DNA of 64,000 nucleotides from positions 11,965,956 through 12,029,955 of the forward strand of contig JBNZDD010013731.1 of the NCBI GenBank assembly GCA_050575255.1, written 5' to 3'. Shown one piece after another: positions 61,449 to 64,000 of the stretch. A program made the position numbers and the translations under genes. Below the pieces are notes generated by a model that saw only the letters and a list, made by a program, of their open reading frames with translations, searched no databases and had not been told where the DNA came from. Source of the DNA: Harriotta raleighana (lineage: Eukaryota). Position 1 is the stretch's first letter; each line of letters opens with the position of its first letter.

Positions 61449-64000
61449 TATCATGGTATTGTACATATTATCAGAGGCTAGATCATTTATTTCCCTTTAG
61501 GATGAGAGAAATTTAAAGATTTCTTTAATCTTCTGAAGCCTTGTTCAAGAACTGTCTAGAAAATGTTAACAACCAGAATGGAGAGTAATTATTTGTCATC
61601 ACCCTTTATTCCAAGCATTCGTATTTGAAACACGCTCTTTTGTTAGAGAAAAAAGTCATCTTGATTGCAAAGGATTAAATCCAGTATAGTACACGTAATT
61701 CTACGACTAGTTACAATTCCTATCTGCTTTATTGACATTTTCCATTCATTGCTATTTATCAATACTTGTGCTTGCCTTTCTCACCGCATTTAATTTATCT
61801 TTACATTTTACCATGTTTCATCTTTTGTTCCCTGCATTTGTGCCTGTTCATTCTTTAAGCCCCAACTGTGTTTCGTATTCGCAAAGTGTTCTTCTACGGT
61901 GGTAAGATATATACTTTCTTCCACATTGTTGTTTTTCTTTTGTAGCTCCTACCTTTTGAAGTAGATCTATAGAATTGATTTAGCTGTAAAAGAGAAAAAA
62001 AAAACTAGCAGCCCAGAGTGCTATAGTTATAATCTCTTTTACTTAGGAAACTCAACATCATCTGTGACTTCCCTGCTTAACTGGATGACTTCCCTGTTTA
62101 ACTAGATGACTTCCACTTTCATAGCAATTAGTAATATGTTCCTGCAGAGAGTAGAAGTGTTCTGCTTGAAATTTACTGTGTTTTAATGCACTTCAAGTAA
62201 TTAAAAACCAATTAAGTTTACTTCAGTTATTGAAATGTGAAGACCAGGTAAATGGTTCCATCTATTTTCGACTGTGACCATGGTGAGCAAGGTAACATTG
62301 TACAATATTTCATTGCTGTGCACTGTTGTTTTTCATTCAGTCTAATGTCTTATTAGATTGTACAGTCAGAGAGGGATCTAAGACTTGATAATCTATCCAA
62401 CAGTGTCTATCCTCTTTGAGGTGAGGAAGGGGAGGTCTCAGGAGTTGTTGTTGATTGCAGCATTTTTCCCACTCAGCTCCTGTTTACCCAGCAAGCAATA
62501 ACCCTAATGAAATGGATGGTCAGTGGGAAATATACCATGCAGTGTCTTAATAGCAAGCTAAGTGGTTTTAGCTGGTTAAATTCAAGCATTACACAAACAC
62601 ACAATCATGGGCCAATGAGTCTCAGCTCTTGCCATCCTGCATGTAATACATTCCAGATTTAGTTAAGTCAAGTGCATCCCTTCAGGGAGAGAATATACAT
62701 TTCATTAGCCACAGGGAACTTGTCATGTACAGGTGGCATACATGAGTGGAACTCAGTCTGATTTATATACTATTATGCATGGTGCTGAGTTCTGCATGAA
62801 TCAGATATCCACTTGAGGAAAAACATCAGCTTCCTATTCTAAACAATCCTGGTTTAAAGCAGAGCGCTTCATTGGTTTATATTGTTTATTCTGCCTTTTT
62901 CTCAGTATATTGCCCCCTTTCCCCACCTCGTGTGAATCAGTGTTGAGCTATGAGCTTTGAGATTGTTTTCTTTCCTAAGAAGTCACCAACCCCCATTTCT
63001 AAACCTATCCTTACCGCAAGAGACTGTTCTGTGTGTTGCTCCTTTCCCATTAGGAGAACGTTTCAAAGTACCTCACAGGATTCATTGTGAAGTGTAGTGA
63101 TTGGGAATTTTGTAGGTTAACAGTTGAAACCCCAAACTCTAGCTATGCTTATCGAAGTATTCATCTATGGATTTAATTATTGAGAAGCCAATGCACTGAA
63201 TAATTACCAATAGTGAATGAGTTAGATGAGTTGACTGTTTGAGAAAGAATCACCGATTTGTTTTCTTAATTGCCATCTTAAATGTTGCTTCATACTGAAA
63301 TTTCGGGAAAAGATTAATCATTTAAGACAAAAGGGTCATGTGTCTAGACAGTGAAACTTACCTCAGATTTATGATTCTAGTTTCTAGGTAATGTCTCGTT
63401 TAACATCCGCACTGTGATTGCCTAATTACAAAAGCCCGGGCTCATCTTGCATAGATATTAAATTAAATTGAGACTGAGATTCTCAGATGTTCAATTCACA
63501 CTTGTTAATCATTTAATCACTGGTGATATATTTACCTCATCTAGGTATAGCATTGCCTGCTCAAGATAGTTATCCTCCATCTACGGGTTTCTGCATTTAC
63601 AAAAAAATGATGTATTATGTATGTGCTATAATTCATCGCAAAATAGAAGCTTGAATTTACTGGCTTCATCTCAAGACAAGAGAAATTTGTGAATCCAGCT
63701 GCCAATGAGTGATATATATTCAGCTATGCATTAAAATGAGCGAGAAGATAAATTTGTTCCAGAAATATTGATATTTTTGAACGTATGCAAATATATTTAG
63801 CACTCTTCATAACAAGATCACTAGATTAGTGGCCAATTTATGATTGTCCTCTTTGGGGGAAGTAAATAAGTAGGTCTCCAGGAGCTGAACTGGTTCACAA
63901 GATTAGATTTGTTTGGCGCATCTCATTTCATCCTTCCAAGATATCCACCCTTTTCCTGGCTACCCTTTGCTCTTATGATTTACTTGTAGCAGTGGAGACA

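Noticed and set aside
62065-62114. 21-bp tandem duplication TGACTTCCCTG.TTAACT.GA
   Set aside because: About 2.4 copies, consistent with ordinary slippage; no spacers, so not CRISPR-like.

Overview
Vertebrate genomic DNA; the repeats point to a cartilaginous fish, probably a chimaera such as Callorhinchus (inference). The whole window lies inside one + strand gene, unc13b (Munc13-2, synaptic vesicle priming factor). It runs from just after the C2A region through the calmodulin-binding, C1 and C2B domains into the start of the MUN domain. I traced a phase-consistent exon chain from 4930 to 59274; the gene's start and end lie outside the window. The N-terminal region is complex: (1) a 9093-nt cassette exon (the 3019-aa ORF) that stays in frame only through a non-canonical GC donor and carries clustered PxDLS-type (CtBP/RIBEYE-binding) motifs; (2) an internal bMunc13-2-type N-terminal exon (874-aa ORF) with a coiled coil plus RRM-like module resembling LINE ORF1p; (3) microexons of 36, 23 and 6 nt; (4) a candidate third, very short N-terminus. 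Introns hold tRNA-derived SINEs, L2/CR1 3' fragments, Tc1/mariner-type MITEs (some nested) and a Penelope-like remnant with a degenerate hammerhead ribozyme core. The 1.5-kb duplication around the single N at 3065 is most likely an assembly artefact. Protein comparisons are from memory, not from searches, and repeat boundaries are approximate.
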